Below are positions 25,401 through 37,700 of a stretch of 64,000 nt of DNA, piece by piece; positions within the stretch are counted from its first letter, which is position 1; the number at the start of each line of letters is the position of its first letter. Source of the stretch: Lama glama (lineage: Eukaryota). Where the stretch lies: NCBI GenBank assembly GCA_028534125.1, contig CM052832.1, positions 33,666,001 to 33,730,000 of the forward strand, given 5' to 3'. The notes below the pieces were generated by a model, which saw only the letters and a list, made by a program, of their open reading frames with translations, had not been told where the DNA came from and searched no databases. A program made the position numbers and the translations under genes.

Positions 25401-28400
25401 GACCTACAGAATCCCAGCGTCTTAGAAAGTCACCCAGCCTGGCTCTGCATCTGGTACTTGACTTTTCTCGGTCCGCGTCTGTTGCCTGCAACCTGGTTGG
25501 CACCTGTCTACAACACAGTAGGTGCTAGAACTGTCCCAGGCGCTGCACGTGTACCCAGAAAATGGAAATAGTTAACGGCAGCCCCTCCTCCTCGAGCAAA
25601 CTTGAATGGAGGTAGTATCGCGGGAGAAGAACAGAGAGGGCCGTGTGACCTTAGATAAGGGGTGTAGCTCTGAGGATGCAGGCGGTTTGGAGGAGAGGTG
25701 GGGTCGGGGGAAACTGCAGAGAGGGGGCTGCGTCAGAGCTGTGCTTTGCGAGATGGTCGGAGAAGGGAGCTGGTTCCGAGAGGACAGTTGGGCCAAGGTG
25801 GGCTTGTGCTGGTGGGGGTGGGGGGGCGCAGCTAGGAGCGCCGCGTCCACCCAGGGAGCCCTGCTGCCCCCCTGCGACCACCCTGACCGGCCGCTCCGCC
25901 CTCAGGCGGTCCTGCTGGAAGACCTCTGTCCCTGTAGCTGGCTCTGCACCCGTGGGGTCTAGCTTTGCCCTTGGGAACCCACGCAAGACAAGTCCAATCA
26001 TTGTGTTACGTTTCTGCTCTTGAGTTTGGGGAAGGTTGCTGCTCCCACGTGTGCGCTCCTCCCGACTTCAGCCCGGCCCCCGCTCCTCCTGGGCGCCCGC
26101 CCTGCTCCCTCCAGGTGTCCCCACCCCCTACCTGCGGATTCAGGGTCCCACGACTCTCCTGCCTCTGGCGTCTGACCCACTGAACTTGGTGTTTGCTCGG
26201 GGTTGCGGCAGACAGCTAATGGTGTTTTGGTGTGTGTTGGTTTCACATCCATCCAAACATCTGGTGAGGACATTTCAGACCACACTGGGCTTTCTATCAA
26301 GATACTTCAAGAGTGAGCAGCTCCAGCTGAACATCGTGACGTCTCCCCTACTATAAACCTAGACGCGATTTAGTTGGCAACTCAGAAGTGGAGCGTGGAA
26401 ACGAAATGAGATACGCTCCCCCGTGGCGGTCGCATTGTACACCCCAAAGGGATCAATGCTGATACTGCGCATAAAGTGTGCTTTCATGAAAGCTTGGAGT
26501 TTCCAAATATTTATCATGGCAGTGTTCTGCACTTAAATCACGTCATGAATGTAGTGTCATTTTCCCTTTTAGTTCCGTTAGGCCGATGGTTTGAACTAGT
26601 AAGTGATGAGACCTTGAAACTTCAGCCGAGTCCTTCTTTGATACTGTAAAGCACATACTCCACTCGGGTTGTGGAGCTGTTCACATTACTTTATGCCATT
26701 ATAAACATAGTAAGAGTTCAAATATTTTAAAGTATTTGTTTTAATTTGAACTAGTATCAGTATAAATCAAAGTTCCATTCCAGAGCTTTCGGGTTTTGTG
26801 CCACCATAATTAAGATTGAGAAACAAGGTTTTTTTCGTTTTGTTGCTCTAGCTTGTGATTTAAATCCCAGATAGCAATGTAAAGCAGGTCATTTTATAAA
26901 CATAGGAGTTTTAAAAACCTGTTCTTGTGTATTCAGGTTGAGTATTGCTTTGAAAACTTCTGAGATTTGTTGGTGTTTGGCCCGCACAGCGTCTGGGGTG
27001 TTCCCTGTGTGTTTGCGGGCGGCTGGCCTAGTGAAGTAATTTGTTTCTAGCAGTAAATAACTTTGTTTATACCTAGCAAGTGAATGTGTCCATCTCAGTT
27101 TGGCAAATACTAATTTTTTTTAAGTGTGGGAATTTCTTTTACATGTTTTCTTTTCTTTTTCTTTTTTTGCCAGGAGATTTTGGACCAGATATTTTCTTAG
27201 TTTACCACGATAGTTTCTGTGTACAGAGATTTGAATTCATTGTTTTGTTCCATATCCAGGGACATTGTAGGCTAGATTATTTGGATCAAATTTTCTATTG
27301 AAAACAACTGAAAATACAGGATAAAAAGTCTGAAATCTCCTTAAAATAACAGAAGAATAAACAAGAGTGCAAGCAGCTCAGGAAGGTGGGGCAGTCAGCC
27401 GCACATTCAGGCTGTTCTAATCCTGACAGCGTATGGGCAGCTGGAATGAGCCTGACCGTCTTGTGCGAGGAGTGAGGCAGAGGTGAAAGGCCAGTGTCCC
27501 TGGGTCTAGGGTGAACTCGGTGTAAACCCAGCTCACCTCCCGGCGGTGCCACTGGAGAGTCACTCTGGTGCTCGGCGGAGTGGAGTGGATGGAGGGAACT
27601 CCCGGGCAGGTGTCCCCCACGCTGCCCTCAGGCGTGTTGCAATCCAGAACCACATCACCTGGTAGCCCAGAGCCTTTTACACCAAGGTTTAGTTTTAGGA
27701 ATTCACAGATTCGTAGAACCCTTAGGCTCCTGACAGAAGCTACCAGGATTCCCCTCCGGAGGAAGTCGGCACGAGGACACCTCCCCAGCGGCTGCACGAG
27801 GGCGCGTGGCGCGCAGTGGGAAGTGACCGGACGCCGGAGAGACGCCGTCTCTGCTGAGCCCCTTCCCTTCCTCCTCGCGCTCCCCTCGCCTCTCCCCCGG
27901 GCTGTCCGCGCTCCTCGGGGCCTGCAGCGGCTCCGGGTCCTCACGGACCGTTAGTTCTCGTTGCTCGTGTGTCGTCTGGTCAGCTTCTTCCTTTCACCTC
28001 ACAGTCTGTTTGCAGAGCCTTCCAGTTGACCTTAGGCTCATTCTTTTCCTTCCCAAATTCAACAGCAAACCAGGCTCAGGCTGATCAGGTCCCTTCCCAG
28101 AGCCCTTCCATCGCTCCCAGGTGAACGTTCTACCTGGTCTGTCTGTGGTCTGGTCACAGCCAGACCCCCCTTCATTACACGGAGGCTGGGCCGAGGCACC
28201 GGGACCTGGGCGACGGTTTAGGGCCGCTCATTCCCGCGGCACGCTGCGTGCCGGGGTGGTAGCCTGCGCGCTCGCCTCGAAGCTCCTGGAAGAATGAGCA
28301 TTCTTTTCTTTTGTTTTACTGTTGGCACTGGCTCTTCATGGAGTGATTTACACGTAGTAATTGTGCAACAGACATTCACCGCGTGAACCAGTGACCAGGA

Positions 28401-30883
28401 GAAAGCAGGTGACAGCTCGGCTGAGAGGACGCGGGAGGTCCAAGGCGGGCGCAGGCCCGTGGGAGGGACTCCGTGCTGACTGGCGCCCTTGGGTTTGCAG
28501 GACGTTTTCTCGAGTCTTCTGATCAGTCTCCGCTTGTCTTCCTGCTGGCCTGTGGTACAGGCAGAGCAGGCGCCTGGTCCTGCCTTTCCACCAGCAGGCT
28601 CACTTCTAGCCGGGCGTTCGAGTCCCTTCTGGAAGCACTGACTACCCCCGACCGTGCGCCCCCTGTTCTGCTCCCGACTGCGGGCTTGTTCTCTGGCCCG
28701 GGCTCCCAGCGCCAATTAGCCTTGTAACCTTGGTAAGACACTTGTCCCTTTTCGCCTGTAGCATTTTCACCTGTAAGATTGATAGTCCTCATCACAGTGT
28801 TTTATCACTGCTTCTCATTCTGACCTCTGTAAGCACCGCTCTTTCCCCCATTCCAGTGAGTGAGCAGATGAGACAGGTAAGTGGGTGAGCACCGAGCTGG
28901 CTGTTGAGCCCAGAGCACCTCTTGCAACTCTTGCGGGGTTAGGAAAACAAAGCCCTTACTTGTGCAAACAGAACATGTCAACAGAGTGTGCACAGTGATG
29001 CCAACAAGCGTCTTGGGACTCAAAACTTGGGCAATGGAGATAATCTACCTTGATTATAGAGGCGTCACTCAATCCAGAATTTTGGCAAAAAATAAAAACT
29101 TCTTTAATGTTGATAATGTTTTAGAACAAAGAGTCAAACTGTGACAGGTCTTGGGACCATTCAGAGTTCAAGGCCCGCAGCTCGCGTCCGGAGCGGGTGC
29201 AGTGGCGCTCAGGGGCACGGGAGCGCGCATGTGGCCCGGTGCTAACGCAGGTGGTTCCGCTGGCGTAGCATTTCGCGGGTGCCTGCAGTTTCCAGGCGTT
29301 GGGGATCAGTATGGCCGTCTGTCCTCTCGTTTGAAAAGTGGAGATGAAATCGTGGGCCCGCATGCGAATTCCGTCTCTTCTGGTGGAAATTCTCCCAGGG
29401 AGATTTCTGCTAAGACTACACTTGGAGAGAATCCATGGGCCCTGGAGGCGTTCCTGCAGCAGTGTCACGCTGACCCCTCCTGTAGGTGGGTGTCCCTCGC
29501 GGCAGCTTGTCTGGTGGCGACGCCGAGTCCTTCGGCTCAAGGAGCGCCTCCTGCAGCCGGGACGAGGGACGGAGCAGCAGCGGCCACTCTTTCATCCACG
29601 AGAAAGGAGAGGTTTCTTCAGGTGGACGCATGAGGCATGTTTCTTCAGGAGGGAGTCGCAGCGTGCTCTTCCTGGCCCCTCCAATCTGTCCGACGGGGTT
29701 TCCGAGGACCCTAGACCGTTCGTCACGGCCTGTGCTTCGTGGTCTGTGCTGTGTGGGACCCGCACCCACTGTACTCGCAGGGCTGGAGAAGCCCGCGTGA
29801 GGCCGAGGTGCTCGGAGCCTCGTGGGTGACACCTGTGGTAGTGACTCTAGTATTTTAGCTCAGCATTTCATCAGGTTTTTATATGTTAATATTTTATTTG
29901 GAGCAGTATTGTGATTTTCCAAGTGATTTCTCTTATGGAAACTCCTGGATCCACGAAGGACACAGGCAGGTATTTGAGAGCTTTCTTCCTGCTCCCGACA
30001 ACAGCTGCCACCAGGGCACAGTAACGTCCTAAGGGGGGACCTGCAGCCCGAGCGCTCCCCGTCAGAGCCCTTCTCCCGTGGCCTTGGCCCTGCGCGGAGG
30101 GCCTGGGGTCACACTGCCACCCCTTCCTCGTGTGGCCCTCTGCCGGCCCACGGCCCAGAGGGAGGGAAGACACCCGATGTGCTCAGGCAGAACGCATCCC
30201 AGCCACAGCTGCCTTCACAGGGGCTGTTGTGTGGACTGACGAGCCTGGCGGTGCGGGGAGCCGTCTTCACTCACCATGGGACAGAGGCCCCGGCCCGAGG
30301 CGGCGGCTGCGGGGAGGCCCGCCCTCTGCTCCCTGGGTCCGCTGTTCTCTCGAGACTTGGGTGGAGCTGCTCCTTGGCCAGTGTGCCTTGGAAGGTCCGG
30401 GCCTCAGTGTGTGGGGTCAGGGGTCAGGGTGACGGGGACCCAGGGTGTGCGCGGTGTGATTTTCCTTTGTACAAGACTACGTGCTTCTCTGGACTGTGTC
30501 CTGGAACAAAAGTAGCGTTGCTTCCAGCAGAGGGTGAAAGCGGGGGAAAGTCAGTTGGCGTTTGCAGGTCCCGCTGCCGCCAGGCTCAGGCGGCAGGCGT
30601 CACCGCCGCCTGCAGGTAAAGGCCCAGCGCCTCAGACTCCGCGTTAGTGGGGTGTTCCTCTGGGTGTCACCTCGGAAGGAAGGAAAGCTCGTGTTGGGGG
30701 CAGTGTCTGTTTTCGCCTGGGTGGGCCGACCACACCCCGTGAGTAGGGAGACCCTGGATTTGAATACAGGTCTGTGTGACGACCAAAATGTCTAAATTTC
30801 ATGGTAGATGCTTTCCTTCTGATGAGACTGATGTGGAAAAGTCAAGTGGAAGTAGGGGCATAAGGGTGCTGGAAACAGGTGCG

Positions 30884-30981
30884 CAGGCAGGTGACTGAAG
30901 GATGATGGTCTTACTTCAGGGTGAAATCTCACCATCATCCCACCTTGAATTAAGACCATCATCGTTTCAGTCATTTGCTTG
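30884..30981 (+). ncRNA. Candidate intronic pre-miRNA-like hairpin (alternatively a palindromic MITE relic)
   Basis: Stem of about 40 bp between 30884-30923 and 30941-30981 with 5 G:U pairs, one C/U mismatch, one bulged G and a 17-nt loop. The inverted repeat is certain; its status as an RNA gene is not. Confidence 0.35.
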
Positions 30982-31889
30982 ACTTTGTGAGCAGGTAAGT
31001 TTGGTTGACTTGTGAAGCGAAAGAGCTGTAGGTGAGAAAAGAGAAATGAGATGTGAGCCACGTTACAGGTGTCTGGGGGGCCGTGTGGAGGGGAGGGAGA
31101 GCCGGGTGGGGTCCGGCAGTGGGGGGGGTGCTCCTAAAGGCTCCTAAGGCAAGAGAAGCCATCCTTGCTTTTTGTTTTTTTTTAAGGAAGAGGGACCGCT
31201 TCCAGGAACCTAAGGACCCCGTGACGCTGGCTAAGCGTTGCTGCAGAAGAGGCGGGCTTCTCCGAGGGCGCACGCGTCAGTTCAGGGTGTTTGCTGGCTT
31301 CCTTGGCTCGCCTGGAAAACTGGCGAAACCTAGCACAGGAGCAGGCTCCTAGGGTTTGCACTGACTGCAGAAGTTGGGTATGGGTTTACGTGACAGTTGC
31401 GCGCTGGTCCCTTCACTTCGGTTGTGTTAGGAAGACCCCGACGCGGGCGACGGCCCGCTCCGGTCTCCTCGGCCTGTCTGTGAGCCAGACTCTTCCTTCT
31501 GGGAAGCTGAAGGCAAGAGTTTTATTGGGATTATTTTATTACAGCTTCTTGCTGCGAAACGAAGGGTAATTGGCTAATCGAGGCTCTGGTAGCAATTTCA
31601 GAGATTGGAAAATTGGTTCCCGTCTGCCACTTGAACAAATAAGCAGCTTCTCAAATGTACAACCAACTAGTTTATTCAAAACGGTGTCTTTACAGGGAGG
31701 CCCCCTGTTCCCTGGTTTATTATGGTCTGTGTGAGTTAGAAGACTTTCCCCCCTCAGCCCCCGAAACCCAGAAATGCAGGTGCGCCTCCGTCACAGGCTT
31801 ACGCGCAGAGCGCCCATGACAACGGGGCAGAGGCTGAGGCTGCCTGGTCAAGGGGGCTTCGTCATCTGACCCGAGACTCGGCGGGAGAA

Positions 31890-31975
31890 GTGAGTTACCA
31901 GCATGTCCCTGGAATGCAGAGTCCAGCGCAGAACTTTACATATAGAGGGTGCTCCATAAAATATTTGTTAATTTG
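31890..31975 (+). mobile_element. LINE-2 3' end fragment
   Basis: catatagagggtgctccataaaatatttgttaa resembles the L2 terminus cacatagtaggtgctcaataaatatttgttga. Confidence 0.55.
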
Positions 31976-34900
31976 CTTCTTTCTACCAGAACTGTCCTTG
32001 AGATGTAGGATTTTAACCACTGACTTATGATTCATTGTATCTTGAATATCGTTTATTTAGCATGAATTTTTCTTTCTCTTCAAGTTGAAATAATTTCTGT
32101 TAATGGGGGACATTAGAATGTCTACCCCCCAGTTAACTGGAAGGTTTTGGTAAAAGCAGACTTGTCAGGAATCACTAGCGAATGGTAAATACACTGTAAT
32201 TTCAGAATTGCTTGATGACGGGCTTGCCCGACACCGTAGTTGCACTGAAGACTCAGGACGCAGGAAGGCGCGCGAGGAAGCTGAGCCCCTGTCGTGAGTC
32301 GAGGCAGACGTGCTTTCCGAGGGCACAGACGCCGCCTTCGACCCCCGACTCTGGCAAAGAGGTTAGAAGCCCCCAGAGCGTCACAGAGGTGGGCGGTCAA
32401 TCCCCCGCGGTGACATCTCGGTGGGAACGTCCCTGATACGACTCTTACGCCTTAAGTAGTTGTTACGCTTCTTGTTTTTCTGCCGTTTTGTACTTTGTAA
32501 CCCACTGGAGTGACTCGGGGGTTTCTGTGGGCTTGCGCTTTCCCAGGGCTGTCAGAGAACACTCTGAGGGTTGGCGGTGACCTGCGGTACTTCAGCTGTT
32601 GTTGTTGGTCGTCCAGTAATAATACGGCCCTGGGGCAGTTAGCTTAGACACTGTGGCAGGTTTCCTCTGGCCTCCGCGACCGGGACTCCGTGTGGCTCCT
32701 GTTGGGAAAGTCAAGGTGTGGCTGAGGACGACCTTGGCCTTCACCAGGTGCGCACCTTCTGTGGAGTCTGCACGTGTTAAGCGTATCTACTCTTGTGCTG
32801 ATTAAAACCCACGGTGTCTGTTTTCAAACCTCAGTCTGATTTTACCCTGAATGCCTGCATTTTGTGTTTCAGACAAATGCTGATGTTTTATGAGCCTTCC
32901 AAAAACGGTGGGTTACAGAAAGTGGAGATGGGTCTTTTAAAAAAGACGTCTTATGAAGAACAGGAAGGCTCGAGTACTTGCCGGGAGCAAGGTGTGTAAC
33001 TGTGGGTACGTCGTTTGGCTGTTTGGGGCTCAGTTTTTATTATCTGTCAAATAAGGGTATTAGGTTAGATTGATGTTTTCAGACTTTCTGCCTCCTGGAA
33101 CCCACAGGAAGAAACACACTTGTGAAGAAGTGTGGTGCCCACGTGTGAGTGTGTCAGAAATGACAGTAGTTCGGAGCGGAGCAGAGCGCTTCCCCTCGAC
33201 GTGCAGTTCGCTCTTCGTGCTGTGTTTTCAGGGAACTTCAGGACCCACAAACGTCACTTCTCGTTTGGAGAGCAGAAGATTAGATGCCCTCGGCCCTATC
33301 AAGTTTAGAATGTAACACTGAACTTTAGGAATCAGTCTTGTAATTTTTTGACAGAAAATATAAGTGAGTTTTTGGCAGTGACAGACTGTAATTCTCACTG
33401 TAGCGTGGTTGGGGGTCCAAGCCCCTGGCTTTGTGGGTGGAGCAGGCAGGTGCCGTGTGGTGCTCCCAGGCTGGGTGGCCACCCGGGCACCACCTGGGCC
33501 AGTAGCAGCGACCCCTGCCCCCGTGTTGTCCTTCGGAGCTGAAGTCACCAGGACTCGGCAACCCAGATTCCAATGGCAGGCTGATCAGACAGAAGAAGAG
33601 GTGTGACATTTACTCGTGTGCCACCTGACTTCCCTGGTTGTGGAAAGGAAATCTCTGCAGTGCGTCGGGGGGCGTGGCACGGGAGCCAAAGCTCTGGTCG
33701 GTGACTTCGAGCAGTGGGGCCTCGGGACGTGTGTGTCTGCTCCGTGTGGGTCTGTGTGTGACTCGAGTGCCCCTCAGGGGACCCTTCCAGTGTCGTGTGT
33801 CTTTGGGTCTTGCTTCTTGTCTTCACTTTGAACGTTACTGCTGTGCGTGTGCTGCTCCGTCCCGGGTGGGATGAGCAGTAGACGTGGTTGTCGAGCACGT
33901 TAGAACGATGAGCTGGTCTCGGGGGGTTTGCAGCCAACCCCCTGCAATGTGTGCCCGTGGTGAGACTGAGCTGGATGTTGGGCTGGTGGTCACACCGCCC
34001 TCTGCTCGCTTGTCCTCCTGGGGACAGAAGCTCTGGGTGTGGGCAGTGTTTCTGGGACCCACCTTTGTGGGTGTCATTTTGCCCAGGGAGGTGGGGGGCG
34101 GTCTCAGGAACAAGCGCATCTACTCAGGACTTCCAAAACCCTCATGAAAGCAGATGGGAATGGGGGTGCTACGTACCCTGGGCTTTCCGGGCGGGTACCC
34201 CTCCTCTAGAAAGGACAAGAGGGCTGCAGTCAAAGCCACTCTTGTCCATCGTGGCATGGGGAGTGCGGAGTGTGCCCGAGACCGTCGTTCGTCTTGTAGA
34301 TAAAAGGCAGATGCGTTTAGGCCCCAAGGTTGGAGGAGTGAGACCGGGTTGGTTGGTAGACCAGATGACTAGGTGGGGGCGGTGGCGGGGGCAGGAGGCC
34401 CAGGATAGCCCAGGGCAGGATGTGGACAGACAGGCCTGCAGGGCCTGGAAGAACTCAGCAGGGAGGTGCTGGGCCACTCTCCTGCCAGGCACCTTGCGGC
34501 GCTGGGGGGAAGCCCGCGGGTGCAGACTGTGTGGTGCGGGGGTTGGAGCACCCGCCCTGCCCTGAGTTCTTGTTCTGTTTGTACTGGCGCTTTCCTTGCG
34601 CCAAGTCATGATTTTATCATGATCCTTTTTTTCTGGCTTCAGAAGTTTAAAATATAGAACAGGGGTTTCTCCCTGAGGCTGACGTCAAACATTAGCTAAT
34701 ATGCTCTATGAACAAAGCTTTAGTGAAAACACAACTGGTCTGTGGTGTTTTCTGCTCTCCCGTACAGCAGGGGATGTTATCTCAGTTTCACTGAAAATCG
34801 AGGCTCCTCTTAGTTGTCATACGAAATTGCCATCTTGAGGCCCCAAATGGTTGACTATCAGCTGTATGAGGTCGTTCAACCTCGTGACTTACCGAAGACC

Positions 34901-35489
34901 AGTCACCTAGAACGTGGCATTTCGACTCACGTCTGATGACCCCAAAGCCTGTCTCCATTTTTTCCTACTGTCCTGTATGGAATTTACCGCATTTAAAACC
35001 TCACCCAGTGCCCAAAGGTGTTGTCCTGCTCCGATGCTGAAGTCCGACACACATTGGAGACTGGCAGCAGAAAGTGGGGCAGGGACGGTCACAGGGGACA
35101 TCTTGTCCACTGTTGTTTGGAGTAAGGGTTTCGGAGGGAGGGGGGCTGCTGGGCTCCCGGTGTAATTACCTCTAAGTCCCTTTATGCACTGAAGGTGAGC
35201 GTGGTTGTGGGGCTGGGGCTGAAGCAGAAGGCCGTTTCTGCGAAGCCCAGTGTGTTCCTTCCCCACGTGCCTCCGAGTGCCTGCTCCCCTCCTGGAGACT
35301 GGGGTGCCCTCCCACGATGCCGGAAGGCGGGGAGTAACTGGATACGCTTAGAAGCGGTGCCTCCCCATCCCGAGCTCTTCCCGAGGTGCTCATGTGCGCT
35401 CTGTGCAGACGTGGCAGGACGTGGCAGGTGGGAGCTGTATTAATTTTCCCTGTGCCCTGACTGTCTAATCTAAACATTCCAACGTTGAA

Positions 35490-35720
35490 AACAAAGCCGA
35501 TAGTTGATATTTCTAGGGAAGGGTCACTGAGCCTCAGATGTGTAAAGAGAACATATGCAGAAAGAAAACAGTATTTGGATGCAGACTATCCGAACCCAAG
35601 ACAGAGAAGGGTCACACGCTCGTCCCTTGCGAGGGGGCAGAAATTCACAGATGTGTTTGTGATTTCGCCAGCTACGGGGATTTCGAATATTGAAATGGCA
35701 CTTGGAACAGGAAGATGGGG
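35490..35720 (+). mobile_element. Old L1 ORF2 3' fragment
   Basis: cctcagatgtgtaaagagaac...gccagctacggggatttcgaatattgaaatggcac resembles degraded L1 C-terminal coding sequence. Confidence 0.4.
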
Positions 35721-37429
35721 TTCAGATCAGAGCACAGCGAGTAACAGAGTGGAAATGTTGTTATTCTAGCAGCTCACAGACGCCTCATTGTGCTTCCTCT
35801 GCTCAGTCCTGGCGAGATGGTCTTGAAAGAGCGATGCCTGTTGTTCTTGGCGTTTATTGATTTTCTTCCATGCAGTGTGCAGGCCCTGCTGCTTGTCCTA
35901 AAATACTGAAATTGAGAGAAGACTGACTTTGGATGACTTCCAGTGTGTCTCCGTCAGAAATGGGCCACTCAGAGACAAAACCGTGACTCCCACAGTCCGC
36001 TCCCTACTGCTATGAACCCGCAATTTATAGTTCATTCGCTTAATTGCTTTGAGAGAATTGGAAATTCCAGCCTGGTTTGGAGCAGAACTACTTCCGTGCT
36101 CCGTCAGCTCTATCACAGAGAAAGGTCAGCAGCCCGAGGCACGCTGGGCGCCCTGCGTTCTGCAGGTGGCGTGGAGACCACCCGTGGGGCTGTGGGGAGC
36201 TGCCGGGTAGAGTGACGGGGCAAAGAGGCTTTCCCCCGCCCCCCCCCCCCGGCTTTGCGGGTTCTGGGGGATCTGGACTGTAGAGGCAAAATGAGCTGTG
36301 TTTTAAGTAAACTCCTGCCGACTTGTGCTATGACGAGTCGTGGAAGGGAGAGTGACCACGCAGGGCGTGTTCAGGGCAGTCCCCCGCCAGCCCGCTGACG
36401 CACGCGCGGTCTCTGCCCTGACGGAGGTGGGTGTGCGAGTGGACGGAGGGCGTTCCCGTTGTTTCTGCTCGTTTTTCCTTTGGGGCCTCTATGCTGGTGT
36501 TTGCACTTAGAGGCTCAGGAAACGAGGCCTGGGTGTATGGTGTGAACCGCCAGGGTCACGTTAGAAGTGGAGAACGTGGGCGCAGATGGCGCACAGGGCC
36601 ATCTCGGGGTCGGGCGGTCGTCACCAAGTCGCTCCCTGTCCTGCCGCCCGGGAAGCTGTCAGTATGGCAGTTGTGGGGGTGAGAGTTTTAGTTCCCTCTG
36701 TCTCTTTGTTTTAAGTAAAGGAGCCCATGTGTCATTGTTTTCCAGCGTTTTAGTCCTTGCTGCTGTTGTGCAGGAATACGGGACGCTTACTCTTGGTTAG
36801 AGACCCAGCCTCTGGCCCGTCTTCAGTCTCCTGTCTTCCCTCCGTTGTCCTGCTCTGGCCCCATTTCGGGAGCTCCTTTCACGTGGGAGGCAGCTGGGGG
36901 GCGAATGAAGGCGCACGGCTTTGTTTTTGTCCTCGGGAAGCTCGTCATGGGGCAGAGGGCTTCGGGGGGGATTCCCAGAGGCCTCAGCCGGCCTGGCGCC
37001 CCCTGCACTCACACTGAAGGAACAAAGGTGTCTGTAAGATTCCTTAGTTCAGTTCACTCGCCAGGCGAGGAGGACGTGCAGGGAGAACAGAGCTGCCGCC
37101 CCCTGAGCACTCGGCCCCGATGTGTCTGCTGTGGACCTCAGACGGCGGTGCAGGAGTTGAGGGCTACGGGTTGAGTTTGGCCCGGTTAACACCTGGACGT
37201 GGGGCTCTGGGGTGCGCTCGCTGGGAAATCCCTCCTGCGGGCAGCCGTGTGGGGTAGGGGAGGCGTCGGGGAGCGTGCGTGACCCCGGCCGTGCTGGGCG
37301 GGCGTCTGTGCCTTGGGGCCGGGGAGTCGTGCACGAGTCACGCTGTGTGGGGTGGGAGTGGTGAGGCGGGCTGTGAGGTCCCCTGATTTCTGTCGTGTGG
37401 TGCCTCCTTCCCTTTGTTACTCGATTTTT

Positions 37430-37700
37430 AAGGGTCCTCAGTATCAATGTCTCTAAACATCTAAAAAATGTGTTTTTGGTTAGTATATTTTATCACCTTT
37501 CCAGCCTCAGCTCTGTGTCTTCCTTCATCAAACTGCTAGATCTTAAATAAAGGACATGTATCACCATGTCCTACGGAACTTGCTTCCTTTGTAATTTTCT
37601 GTGTTTTATTTTGTATCCTTAAATCCATTATTCTGAGACAGCGTCCACAGGTGTTAGATGGCCAGGGGAGGGCCATGGCGTGAAAATGGCACGGGGGCGG
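37430..37700. mobile_element. hAT-Charlie-type DNA transposon fossil
   Basis: ttcctttgtaattttctgtgttttattttgtatccttaaatccattattctgagacagcgtccacagg...gggccatggcgtgaaaatgg matches a recalled Charlie-family MITE end. Subfamily not assigned. Confidence 0.55.

Noticed and set aside
27145-27180. Strong pyrimidine tract plus CAG acceptor
   Set aside because: No convincing donor downstream to define an exon.
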